This document shows positions 14,071 to 27,250 of a stretch of 64,000 nucleotides of DNA, piece after piece. A model generated the notes under the pieces. The model was not told the DNA's origin, did no database searches, and saw only the letters and a program-made list of their open reading frames with translations. Source of the stretch: Octopus vulgaris (taxonomy: Eukaryota); contig OX597814.1 of NCBI GenBank assembly GCA_951406725.2, positions 60,016,001-60,080,000 of the forward strand, in the 5' to 3' direction. Made by a program: the position numbers and the translations under genes. Position 1 is the first letter of the stretch, and the number at the start of each line of letters is the position of its first letter.

Positions 14071-15010
14071 ATAACATTTATCTTAAGCTACAATACATCA
14101 TGTAACAATAATAATATGTAAAAGAGACAAAAGTAATATAGTTGAAGTAAAAGAAAAATACAATGTGGAGCAAAAGTTAATTTATTGAATGATAATAACA
14201 TTTCAGAAACATTACGCCACGCAATTAATATTTAATTCGTATAAAATAATACAGTGCTAAGCATACAAATAACAGCTGCATGTTTCGCCCGCATTCAAGA
14301 ATTCACTGCTGTCTATATAAGATTTATTATTGCTTGTTCCAGATAATAAATAGAAAAAACCCCGGCTAATAATATCTACATTAAATACAACTACACTCAC
14401 CGATTAGGCAACATTATCAAATAACAGATACTGGAGAGATACAGTATTCTGTCGTGTGAAAAATTCTCAATGGTGGTGCTTTTTTGATATGTACATAGAG
14501 AGTAAACTGGAGACAGAAGCCGTTCGAAACCGTTATCTGTTCTAATGTAAAATGACTATTAATATTTTGTGATCAGAATTGACTTGAAACTAATGCACTG
14601 CGTAAAATTTTAACTCCCGTCCTTGGTGATAAACGATATCCTGATACATAATACTCAAAATCTGTAACAAATATGTATTATATGCGTATATACATATGTA
14701 TGTATATTATGCAGCAAACAATATGGTCATTATAAAGAATTAAAGAAGCAATAGAGAGGGACTAGGTTGAACAACTAATGATATAGCATAATGCTTAAGA
14801 ATAAGGGGGACAGTCTAGACGTTCTGAATATTAACCAATCATCAAAGGAGTGACAAAAGCAAATGGGGGTGAGACCAAGGAAACGTTAGTGTGACAGAAA
14901 CAAAAGCACGGAGGAGGTTTTAGGGTAAAGTTGGGGTGTTAAAGTAAGGTAAAGGTACCTTCCCGAGTCTGCGCACTGATAAGTGCCGCTTTCCCGGTTT
15001 CCATGGTGTA

Positions 15011-15600
15011 TATCCTGTCATCCCATAAGTTCTGTCCGAATTTTGAATAAAGAAAACAAGTGATCATATATTGTATTTAATTGAAATTTAATCATGAATA
15101 TACTTTCCCAGATTATCTATGACTTACTTTCATCTATTTAAAAGCTTTTTAATCCCATCAATGTAAAGCTCTTTTGGTTTCAAAGCGACGAACTCTGAAA
15201 TGTCAGTTTCGACCACCTTCTGCCTCACGAAAATTCTGTTCCCCAAATGCATCTGTAAACTATGAACAAATGGAGTCTGAAGGGGCAAGATTGGAAGAAT
15301 AAGGTGGACGAGGCATTTTTTTCCCAATCAAGTTCTTCGATCTTCTGTGATATGATCTTTGCAGAGTGGGGTCGCGCCTTTTCCTGATGAAACATCACTT
15401 CACTAAAGCGGGTCTTATTTTCTTCAAATCTTGGTTCAAACTCTAATTGCTGACAGTAGCCTTGAGCATTGATTGTTGCATTAGGTGGTAACAATTCAAA
15501 GTGAATTACTTCTTTGCAATCCCACCAGATAGAGAGAAGAACCTTTTCCCCATGAAGTTCCCTTCTCGGTCGTGGTTGGGCAGATGTTACGGGCATTTAT
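15011..15600 (-). mobile_element. Mariner transposon 3' half
   Basis: HGEKVLLSIWWDCKEVIHFELLP, MFHQEKARPHSA, YIDGIKKLLNR. TIR-like TATCCTGTCATCCCATAAG at 15011. Confidence 0.9.
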
Positions 15601-16370
15601 TGAAACGCATCTGTGTTTATAGATGTTCATATGGCAAAGTGGATTTCTTTTCAGTGTGTGTTTGTATGTGCGTTGAAGTGAGTAGTGGCGTAAATTAGTG
15701 AGAAATGTGAGATGTAGTTGTATATGTGGTAGTAAGATATGTATGAGTAACGGCTAAAAGTGAAGAAATGGGAGAGGACGCACGTGTGAGGTGAATGTTA
15801 GGGAAAAAGGAATACATGGAGGAGTATGAGCGTTAATTATTGTCACACAGGATGTATGAACAAATGAGGCAAAAGCAAGAGAATGTGTGTTTGTTCACGG
15901 AAATAAGAGAAGTCGGTAAAAGTAAATTACAATAAATGTTAATTAGAATATAATGCAAATGCAAAAAAAATGATTTATACGAATTTAGTGAGAAAAACTG
16001 AAAACTCTGTGTGAGTATTAAACGCCCTGTGGAGTTAATTGGAAATTTCCCAACGCTGATAAGACGTCCGGTGAGGAATTCTGTAAGAGAAATTCCAACA
16101 CCTGCGTAAAAAATATGTGAACTATGTTTGTGTGGTTAAGAAGTTCATTTGCAGCCATGTCGTTTGGTGCTCAATCCCGCTTTGTTGCAACTTGGGCAAA
16201 TGTTTTTTACTATAGTCTCGGACAATCAATGCTTTCTGAGTGACTTTGGTAGATCGAGACTCTGTGGAAGTCTGATGTATATATGTGTATGTATGTGTAT
16301 GTGCGCGCGTGTGTGTGAAGTACGTGTATGTCTACGTGTGTGCGTACGTGTGGGAAGGCATATATATATG

Positions 16371-16563
16371 CCATGATAGATCGTTAGCTACTACACACAA
16401 TTTTTCTCTCCTTGTTTCTCTCCTTGTTTTTTTTCTGTGTCCCTTTCTGTAGAAGAGCGTAGGCTCGAAACATAAAAGACTTTTTCTATTCCTGAGCGCT
16501 ATATACATATGTTTGTTTGTACACCACCTGCCTTCGTCCTTTGTTTATTTTCGTAAACTTTCC

Positions 16564-16567
<4 letters not shown>
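16371..16567 (+). mobile_element. Solo Penelope-like pseudo-LTR, family A
   Basis: Homologous to 57875-58063; contains GAAGAGCGTAGGCTCGAAAC. Confidence 0.8.
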
Positions 16568-16629
<62 letters not shown>

Positions 16630-16641
16630 AATAACTGATAA

Positions 16642-16964
16642 CTGGCACTCTGTCGATGACGACGACGTAGGTTCCAGTTGATCCGATCAACGGAACAGTG
16701 TGCTCGTGAGATTAACGTGCAATGACTGAACACTCCACAGAAACACGAACCCCTTTGCATACTTCTCAGGGAGATTCAGCGTGATACAGAGTGTAACAAG
16801 GATAATCATTTGAAATACAAATACTACTCATTTTTGCCAGCTGAGTGGACTAGAGCACCGTGAAATAAAATGTCTTGCTCAAGGATACAACGCGCTGCCG
16901 GAAATCGAACTCACGACCTCACGATCGTGAGCCGGATACTCTAACAACTAAGCCAAGCGCCTTC
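16642..16964 (-). mobile_element. SINE family 2
   Basis: Reverse complement aligns along its length with 4256-4579. Confidence 0.85.
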
Positions 16965-16970
16965 ATATAC

Positions 16971-17022
<52 letters not shown>

Positions 17023-17711
17023 ATATGTATTTATCTATGTGTATATGTATATGCGTCTGTGTGTGTGCGTGTACGTCTCTGTGTGTGTGCTCATTGTGTT
17101 TGTCCACCATGACTGTCCTGTTTCTCAACCAGTGCTAGTTTATTTGTATTCCTGTAACTGAGCGGCAAATCAAACCTACAAATGAGTACTAGGTTTTGGA
17201 AAATAAGTATTGGATCCAATACATTTGACTAAACTGTTCTAGGTGGTGCTCCAGCATGGCCGCGGTCCTATGTCTGAAACAAGTAAAAATTACAATAAAA
17301 CACTGGTGAAAACACTAGAGAGTTGAAATTATCATAAAGAATTTTAGAAAGCAGAACAAATCAAAGTAACGAAAGGGAAGAGCATGAAAAGGTTAAAATA
17401 ATGTAGAAGTGTGTGTACGTATCGGAGGAGGATATTTTTCTTTTAGGAAGAAAGAAAAAAAAATTAGAATCTCCGGAGAATCCAAGGATGTATTAACGTT
17501 CACAGAGTGGAAGTTCGGATAGAAACCGCCGATCCGAATCACCAGTGCAAAAAATGTCAGGTGACACCACACCTATAGAGAGATAAGTATACTGGTTGAA
17601 CAATCAAAATGATTATTTTCAACTCAGTCTGATAACCACACAAATATATATTTTTCCAAATTCAAATAAATAAACTAAATATATTTGGTCTTGTAACATT
17701 ACAAATACACA

Positions 17712-17990
17712 GGCGGCATGCGGGCAGAAGTGTTAGCACGCTGGCGGAATGCTTAGTGGTATTTTACCCGTCTTTACGTTCTGAGTTCAAATGCTGCCGA
17801 GGTTAACTTTGCTTTTCATCCTTTCGAGGTCTATAAAGTAATTACCACTAGAGTACGGGGTTGATATAATCGATTTATCTCATTCTCAGAAAATGCTGGT
17901 CTTGTGACACAATTTCAAATCGAAGGCAGCATGCTGGCAAAATCGTTAGCACACCAAGCATAATGCCTGGTGACATTTCGTCCATCTCTA
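17712..17990 (+). mobile_element. SINE family 1, full copy followed by a second 5' head
   Basis: GAGTTCAAAT B-box; central GCTTTTCATCCTTTCGAGGTC...AAGTAATTACC domain; second head begins at about 17925. Confidence 0.85.
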
Positions 17991-19214
17991 GGAAAATGCC
18001 AAAGTTTATATGTAATATTTTTAGTTTCCCATTCATCAATATATTGCGAGTGGACATTGTTCTTCACTTTGCTGTTAACTTGATCAGTTAAAAACTACAT
18101 ATTTCAACAGAATGATGTACATGAATGTTGCTATGATTTATTGTAATCAAAGAATATCTGATTAGATCACTATCATGAATTCCATTTCTGTGTATTTATG
18201 ATGACACGAATATCATCAGAATTCCTGACGGCTTAAAGAATTACTGATATATATTTTTTGTGTATGTATTTAACTGTAAGCGTTCTCTTTGAACACGCTT
18301 ATCACTTACACCGGCTTGGAATATTACTAACTTGACCATCGACACCAGCATTACAATGGTCACTGCCAGTATTCTACAATCTTTATAATGCAATTCTAGT
18401 ATATAGAACAATTAGTTATGATTTTCTTTAGTAGTATTGATTCGTTAAGATGAAATAAAATGTGGCTTGATCTTCTACTTGAGCAAAGTCTCGTTCTTTA
18501 GCTACGTAATTTGAAAGGGTTAGAAGAGGTAGAGTAAGAAATAGCAAGATAAAGTGCAGAAGAATATTTGTCGTGGAGAGAATATGTCTGGCTTCCTTTA
18601 ATTAGAAAGAAACATCAGGAAAATTATTAAACACACGTCATATAACATTATGCCTTTCTAGCTTTCTTCAACTTCGTTACACTCACACGCATCTGCTCAC
18701 ACAACGGCACTCTCACATGCGCCACCAAGACGCTCACTCATACACATACATACACACATGAATACATATACATACATACATACATACATACATACATACA
18801 TACATACATACATACATACATACATAAACACACAAACAAGTTAAGAGTGCATGTGGCTAAGTTTGTATATCATCATTTTGAGATGATTTTCAGTTCAATA
18901 CTTATCACTGAAACTGAGAAGAAGCTGTGGCTATAATTCTTCAACTTAAATCTTCAGTACTACAGCAGAGTTTAAAATGTTCACCACTATCAGGATCGCC
19001 ATACATAGGTAGCGTGTATTGTATAAGTCACTGTTATACGGTGCGTTTATGCCAAAGAAAAGACGTATAAACTGCAAGCTTGCAATTCCATGGTTAATTT
19101 TTCTTGTAGTTTTAGCTGCCTGATTTAAAAGAAAAACAAACCAAAAAATGGTTACACATTAGCCCAATCACTAACTTTTTTTTAGTTTTAGTCTAACATA
19201 TTCATTTATTTTAT

Positions 19215-19411
19215 CTTTATTTTACTTGTTTCAGTCCTTAGACTTTGATCATGCTAAGGCACCGTCCTAAAGAATTATGGTCGAACGAATCGATCTCAAT
19301 ACTAATTTTTTGAAGCCTGGCACTCTATTGCCGAACAGCAGAATTACGGGAACGTAAACACAATACCAACACCGTTTGTCAAACGTAGACCGGGATACAC
19401 ACAGATAAACC

Positions 19412-19415
<4 letters not shown>
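19215..19415 (-). mobile_element. SINE family 3, 3' half, followed by (CA)n to about 19512
   Basis: TTTTACTTGTTTCAGTC...AAACACAATACCAACACCG matches 53636-53800. Confidence 0.75.
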
Positions 19416-19504
<89 letters not shown>

Positions 19505-20078
19505 CACACACACATATTTATCAAGAGGGCTAACTTACTATTTCTCCATAGAATGAAAGCATGATGGACAACGTTAATCGAGTTTTTAATCTTAAGGCAT
19601 TCTCATCAGAGTTATCTATAGCAATGTGATTCGATCAATCGCAGAGAAACAAACAGTCAATCTCTTATATACTCAACAATATCAGTAACTACAGGGAAGT
19701 GGAGCTAATAATCTGCAAACCATAAATGCTAACACTTCCTTTAATGTCAGGGGACTGTTGACAGGGATTCAGTACATACAGTATCAAGGTATAATATAAT
19801 AAATGTAATCTATTTCAACAGAAAAAATACCTCAATTAGTCATGATTATAAATCTACTGATTTATAAACAGGGCTAATTTACGTGTTTCTACATAGAGTC
19901 GATTTTTGGAAAGTTATTGGACACTCATCAGAGGGGTCTGCAACAATTTGATGAATCCTTTGGTTTTTCTGTGTATGTATTCAGTATGAATACATACACA
20001 GCAACTTCAGTCGCTACAGGGAACCGAAGCTACTAATTTACATTCATATGTATATCTATCAATTTACACACACCGCAT

Positions 20079-20126
<48 letters not shown>

Positions 20127-20245
20127 TGAGTGTATTTCTACCTTGTTAACAATTAACACGGAAAAAAATTGTTACCAGGGTAGCAAACTGTGTCGAAAGT
20201 AAAAATATTTGATTTACACCTGCGTTAAACTCCATTTATTTATTC

Positions 20246-20296
<51 letters not shown>

Positions 20297-20397
20297 GAAT
20301 AATAACAAAGGGTAAAATTAATTAATGAAGAAGTAATCAGTAATTTCACCAAGTAGAATTCGGCATGAAAAAGACCATTTCATGGTAAGCTTATGTA

Positions 20398-20681
20398 ATA
20401 CTTTCTAATTAAGGTTCAGCAAAGATTTGCTTCACCACATACCGAAGTTTAGAAATAGCAGTCAAAACATTTTAGCTATTCCTTCTACTTTAAAAGGGGC
20501 GCCCAGAAAAACCAAAGTACTTGAAAAGTACTTGAAAATCCTGCGTGGATTGTTTTCAAGTACTTTGGCTTTTCTGGGAACCCTTTTAAAGTAGAAGGAA
20601 TAGCTAAGATGTTTTGACTGCGATTTCTAAACTTCGGTATGTGGTGAAGCAAATCTGTACTGAACCCTAATTATAAAGTAT
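20398..20681. repeat. ~130-bp inverted repeat, probably an inverted Penelope pseudo-LTR
   Basis: Arms 20398-20527 and 20553-20681 are near reverse complements, immediately upstream of a Penelope RT fragment. Confidence 0.85.
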
Positions 20682-20690
20682 ATATATATG

Positions 20691-20774
<84 letters not shown>

Positions 20775-20777
<3 letters not shown>

Positions 20778-21475
20778 AACATCTATTCCAATATCCACCA
20801 CAACCTAGGAATAGAGGCAATTCAATTATGGCTAGAGAATTACGCCAATGAACAACCACATCGCATCAAAAAAGGATTCTTGATAGAAGGTTTAAAATTC
20901 ATCCTGGAAAATAACTACTTCATCTTCAAAGACAACTTCTATCGACAAAAATCGGAGACTGCGATGGGTACGAGAATGACCCCCTCCTTTACTAACCTAG
21001 TCATGGGATATCTAGAAATTAGTCTTTATCGTAAAGTTCTAGAAAAATACGGCAGCCCATTCTCCCTCTACATAGAAAATAACTAGAAGAAATACCTGGA
21101 CAACTGTTTCATTCTTTGGCATGAAAATATAGAGAAACTTAAAGAATTCCAAGCACTTATAAATGGACTTGATGTAAACATTCAATTCACGATAGAATAT
21201 AGCCATCAACAACTTCCCTTCCTCGACATCCTCATGAAGAAATCTAACAACGTAATAGCAACAGATATATACTATAAGCCCACGGACTCCAAGCAATATC
21301 TACCGTTCAATTCATGCCAACCCAGACACACCAGAATTAATATCCCCTTCAACCTAGCAAAAAGGATATGTACTATAGTTGCTAATGCAAACACTAGAGA
21401 CACACGACAACATGAACTAAAGTATACACTCATCACCAGAAACTACCCACCTTCACTAATTGACAGAATAAGAAT
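20775..21475 (+). mobile_element. Penelope-like element reverse transcriptase fragment (pseudogene)
   Basis: VNIYSNIHH...ILENNYFIFKDNFYRQKSETAMGTRMTPSFTNLVMGYLE, YLDNCF, LPFLDI, TDIYYKPTDSKQYLPFNSCQPRH. These are the PLE RT core and thumb motifs. Confidence 0.92.
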
Positions 21476-22275
21476 ACAAATAAAGAAAAAGAGAGGGGGA
21501 AGAGTAGGAGTAAAAATATGGTATTGTTGAAGCTGGTTAAGGGAATGTTTTTGTGAGTTTAGGCTGGGGTCATTTACTGGGTCTACTGTAGAATAAATAA
21601 GTAAATATATCGTGGTGCCCTGTAACTACATTTCAACAGAGTCAAAGAAAAAGAAATTATAGGAGTGATAGTAAATTAGAATCTATTATAGATAGATATA
21701 ACGGGAGAGAAGGAGAGGGAGGTGGACGATAATGTTTTATGGTCAGTAGGGGACATAGAAGTTCTAGGTAAGTAGGTAGTTTATCACTTTATTTTAAAAC
21801 TATACGAGGGTATATTAGCGCGCACCCTCGTATCCTTTTGTGCACCTGTAGCATCTTGTAAGTGCGCATACGCGCGTGGACTCTTGTAATTCTCATTTGT
21901 AGAAGGGAAGTGAAAGAGATAAAACTGGTAGGAAAATCTAAATTATAAAAAGATAAAGAAATAAAACGAAAAATACAAAAAACTCAAAACTATAGAAATA
22001 TAGAAATACGATAGTTGCTTCAAAGAAAGGGGAAAATGAAATAGAAAAATGGATGACCATGGGCAAAGTGTCGATAACAGTAGGGAAAAATTGCAGTGGA
22101 AGCACAGAGGAAAGAGGAGAAATAGAGGGAGAGGGAGGGAGGAAGAGAACGAGAGAGAGAAAGAGAAAGAAGAGAGATAGAAATAGAAGTCGTGCCTATA
22201 AGCACTTACTGTGAATAAAATGAAAGTACGTAGCGTTCCATTAATTGATAAGTTGAAAAACATATAATAAATGCA

Positions 22276-22278
<3 letters not shown>

Positions 22279-22370
<92 letters not shown>
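22279..22370. repeat. (GATA)n microsatellite
   Basis: Direct reading. Confidence 0.95.
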
Positions 22371-23002
22371 TGATAGATTATCATAAATGTTTGTGCATAC
22401 AATAATGTATTTTATATTAATAATTTGATATTGAATCTATAGTTTAACAATAAAAAGAACTACGCAGAATGGGAATTTATGTCAGTATTTCGGACAATAC
22501 ACGTTACTTGTAAATGAGATGCAATAATTATTTTTACATATATTGTAGATGAAATGAAAAGAAGGAATTATATTTTCAATATATATTTAGATGAGTCACA
22601 CATAACACAATATAAGTGTAAATATTGTACTAAATGGAATTTATGCACTTAATATTTTCCAAAGCGCTAAAACCTTCTGTTAGTTACCATCGTTAAAGTT
22701 TATCTTTTGGGATCAATTATATCATTCAATTTTATGTACATAGAAACTAATCACAAATACATTACAATTAGATTCCTTTGCCATAAGTGGGCTTACGATT
22801 GCAGTTATTTTTAATCCCAAGGGTAAAGAGGGAATTGGATTAATCTAGGTAAAGTATTTTAAAGCTATGTTAACCGTTTTTGGTAAATCTTAGTACACGG
22901 GTTTCTTTAATAAATGCTGTGTCTCTTGGGGGAAATATAGTTCATGAAATATGTTGATTTTAGGATGTTTTTGAGAAAAATGTAATAAGTGGTTATTCCA
23001 AT

Positions 23003-23220
23003 AGCAATTTCAAATTTTGGTACAAGGCCTGCAATTTGGGTGGGGGTGAGGATAAGTCGATTACATCGACCACAGAGTTCAACTGGGACTTATTTTATCG
23101 ACCGCGAAAGGATGAAATGTGAAGTCGGACATATGCTGTGTGAACTCAAAACGTATGGACAGACGAAACGACGTTAAGCATTTTGCTCGGTATGCTAACG
23201 ATTATGCCAGGTCGCGGCCC
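23003..23220 (-). mobile_element. SINE family 1
   Basis: Reverse complement matches 17712-17921. Confidence 0.8.
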
Positions 23221-23823
23221 TAATTGGTTATTCTAATAATACAAATATATAACGGATACATTTGAGAAGATTATGACACTTAATGATATTGTAGTAAAAA
23301 AAATTAGTTTTACTAATACATACATAGAGCTAAATATACAATAGCAATATTTTCCAATAATAAATTTCATTACAAAACATGAATAATTGTATATCCATAA
23401 TTATGTATACATTATTTGTAAACTTAAACAGTAGTCATACAAACATGTTAATTTTTACCTATTTCTCTGTAGAAAGAAAAAAATTAAGAACAGCTTTAAT
23501 CGATTTTTGACGTGCATTTGGATTACCTCAAAGGTATCTACATCAGCCTAACAATCCTCAAAAAGAAAAGCAAACAAGTAACCATTTTATTAATATATAC
23601 ACATCAAATTTAGTAGCTTCAAGCGACTGCATACAATTAGTTTTTACCACTTTATTTTAATGTCAACCACCTGTCAACCACGAACACATAACACACAGAA
23701 TCAAGTCTGTTGTAATATATACACAGACATAAATGTGTGCACATAATGTATGCATGTATATATACAAAAACACATCCATATGCATGTAAGCATATATGTT
23801 TATGTGTGCATATAAGCGATAAC

Positions 23824-23859
<36 letters not shown>

Positions 23860-24063
23860 CCCTTCTCCCTAGCCCTCCTGTGTGACCCTTCTGTTCGGCC
23901 TTCGCCATGATAGATCGCTAGCCACTATACATTCTTTATTTCCTCTCCTTGTTTCTTTCTCTGTTCCTTTGTGTGAAAGAGCGTTGGGTCGAAACGCTAA
24001 AGACTTTTTCACTTCCCGAGAGTTATACTAATACAACAGTTTGTTGCCTACACCACCTGTCTT
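23860..24063 (+). mobile_element. Solo Penelope-like pseudo-LTR, family A
   Basis: GCCATGATAGATCGCTAGCCACTA...GAGCGTTGGGTCGAAACGC...CACCACCTGTCTT matches 57860-58040. Confidence 0.8.
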
Positions 24064-24291
24064 GTGAGGCATTAAGATAAGTGCTTCTCGTGGCTGCGAA
24101 TTATTTAAACTCTTATTTCTAGCAATACTTGTGCCGACTCGTACCCTCAGTCATTTTAGTGGCGTATATATTTCTGCCTTGCGATTGTAGAAATGCAAAG
24201 AAGCCACTCTTATTATTTATTTGTGTGTTGTGCGCGCGAGTGTGTATGTGCACGCGCCTGCATGTGTGCGTGTATGTATGTATGTATAAAT

Positions 24292-24330
<39 letters not shown>

Positions 24331-24342
24331 CATATGAATATG

Positions 24343-24381
<39 letters not shown>

Positions 24382-24391
24382 ATACATATCA

Positions 24392-24437
<46 letters not shown>

Positions 24438-24478
24438 CAGCCTGTTGAATATATATATATGTGTGTGTATGTGTGTGT

Positions 24479-24525
<47 letters not shown>

Positions 24526-26331
24526 CATTGTAGATTTGTGCCTCATGATGTTCATAAAGAAGCCTAACAACTCCTTAATTGCACAGAGAGATTAATATAC
24601 ACCTTGCACATCATAAAATAATAATGTTATTCATAGGATTGTGTGAGACAATATTATGTATATGTGCGAAGTGCAGATTATTTACTGATGGCAATGTACT
24701 TTATGTTGAAACAAAAGTATTATTTTCTCAAAAACAATACAACTGTAATATGGTGACGAAAATAATTACATTGGATTATGGGCATAACCAATAAATAAGG
24801 CAACGTGCATATACACTGAAGTAAAACAAATGTAGAAAATTGTTCAGATTTGTATAAGAGCATATAAAATTAGTTATCTCTATATGCACAAAAAGATGAA
24901 TATAAATGATGTACGTTTTACTATCATATTATCTTTTACCTGTAATGTAGTGTTAGAAATCTGTATTCCAACTACATGATGCTGAAAGCATTAAAATCAA
25001 ATACCTTCAAATAAAAACTTCGTTTATGTTGTCGCTTCATATCAGAAATATTTATATCATGTAGAGTATATATTATAAATCACATTTTCAAATATGTTTA
25101 AGCAATGCTGTTAACTAATTTAATAATATGCAGAAAATATATGGTATCTAATAGAAAGTGGGGAAAATGGAATGCAGTAAAGTATAAATTGCATAAATTA
25201 AGGTAACATTAAAGTGGATAAAAGCAAAGTAGATATAAAAGAAGGAAATTAGAAATAAAACAAAACATTGCTTAATTTGAATAAGTTGTACATGATTATG
25301 TAATTTGAAATGATTGTTAGACATGAGATGTAATCAGTTCATTTAATAGTAATAAATAGATAACTTGTAATACAGTTGATTACTTATATAATATAGCTAA
25401 CTTTAAAGAAGCTTAATATATTGATGATTGGAGAGAAACGTGAAGGTTACAAATTTAATAATAGAATATATATAGTAAAATCACTGAAAGTAATTGAGTT
25501 TAAATTTAACAAATTAAATAAATATATGAATAGGTTGAATTCACCTTCTAAATACGTTTGGGTTTTAGCAGTTTTGATTGTCTTGTTCATTAACGTTTTA
25601 TAACAACGAAAACATGTTATAGTGAAGAAGAAATTTTATGTGATTATAGCTATATCAGATATTTTAGTGGAAACGTCTTAAGTTGAAAGTGTTCTATACC
25701 ACCGTAAGCATGTTTTGGTGTAATAAAATAAAAGCATACGGACGAATAACAAGTTTCATAGTTATTTTGATCTCCAATCAGGTTTTCCTCTGTGTATATA
25801 TGTGATTTTCATTTAGCAAACGTGTGTCATACATAAGGCGCGCGGAACGGATATCTGTCTGTGGCAATATATATTCTGAACTGTAGCTTAAGTCCATTAC
25901 AGCATTTATTTTTAAATTTTAATTTATTCTGTGGCAAATATTTCACTAAAATGCGCTAGAGCTGATGGCCAAATACAATCGTGGTTAATGTCAGTTATGA
26001 TTAGTGAAATCGGCACAATTTTGGGAATTTTGTGAGATATCAACCTCTAAAAATATACTTTTGAATTCATATACTAAATTAATGGGCTATTCTACTGCAT
26101 TATTTCTTTACGAACGAAGCCAAACAGAAGTCATTTTATCCCCATTTGTACGCACCAGCTTTCGGAATGGATTCTAGTGATGTAAATGATACTGAGAGAT
26201 TTTGAAGCTGTAATAGTACAAACGCTTATCTTCATTGGCCTCCTCAAGAACTATAAACGTTTATTTGGACAATTTCTATTTTTATTCTCCTATTTTTGTT
26301 GTTATTCTAAATAACACTTCCGTGATAGAAA

Positions 26332-26384
<53 letters not shown>

Positions 26385-26386
26385 TA

Positions 26387-27250
26387 TACAGAATGCGGTG
26401 AATAAATTATCGTCTAAATTACGCAAAAATGAAAATAACACTGACACCTCATTTAAGATATATCTTTATCAAAATTGCATAAAAATATCTTGAAATACTA
26501 AAGAGCAAATTTATTCAATAAAATTATCATTGGCTTCAACCACGGCCTTCAGACGACATCGAGTTCTCTTACAACTCTTCTGGTCGGTCGCCTTGTTTAA
26601 GTTGGTTAATACTGCCAGAATCTTTCCCTTCAGTTCACCGCTGGTATTACAAGGACTTGTTGATCTCTAGCTCAACTGCGCCCCACACATTATAATCAAG
26701 GGAGTTGAAGTTTGGGGAGTTAGGTGGCCAGATGTTAGGAGTGATGTGGTCGCAGAAATTGTCTGACTGCCATGATTGGGTTCTTCTTCCTGTGTGGCAT
26801 GATGCAGTGTCCTGTTGCCAGCCAGGGTCTTCCAGCAGCCAACCTCGTTATCGAGGGCAGCACTAACTCCTCCAGGCACTTGATGTAGGCTTCCGCGTTG
26901 AGTATGATGTAGTGTGGGAAGATGAATGGAGGCATAATATCGCCATCACTAGTGATCACTCCAAACACCATAATGTTGATTGCATGTTTGATTTTTATCA
27001 CTCTCGGTACATGTCCTCAGATTGACACTCAAACACTCTGAAATGTTCGTATTGGTGCTTCCGGTGCGAATGCCAAGCAGCATAGCATGTCCTTTTCAAA
27101 TTCTTGGCAGAGTGAATTGCATCATGGTGCTGTTTTTCTCACAGACGATGCACAGCTATACTGCTTAGGCGACAAATTCAAAAACAAAGAATGCGCTTGC
27201 GCAGTATTTAAAAATATAAAATGGCGACAATTTACCCCTCACACCCTGTA
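26387..27250 (-). mobile_element. Tc1/mariner DD37D (maT-like) transposon, internally deleted
   Basis: KHAINIMVFGVITSDGDIMPPFIFP...LPSITRLAAGRP and WPPNSPNFNSLDYNVWG. Degenerate TIRs TACAGAATGCGGTGAATAAATT and (revcomp) TACAGGGTGTGAGGGGTAAATT. Confidence 0.85.

Larger units (their letters stand above)
16117..17295 (+). mobile_element. SINE family 3 copy interrupted by nested insertions
   Basis: The 5' half (16117-16280) and 3' half (17090-17295, ...GCTCCAGCATGGCCGC...CTGAAACAAGTAAAA) match the intact copy at 53636-54011. Confidence 0.75.

Noticed and set aside
14690-16110. Purine/GT-rich flanks of the mariner, and the similar CA-rich 46680-47330, resembling Penelope 3' regions
   Set aside because: Only compositional resemblance and a weak LTPQG motif; not enough to annotate.
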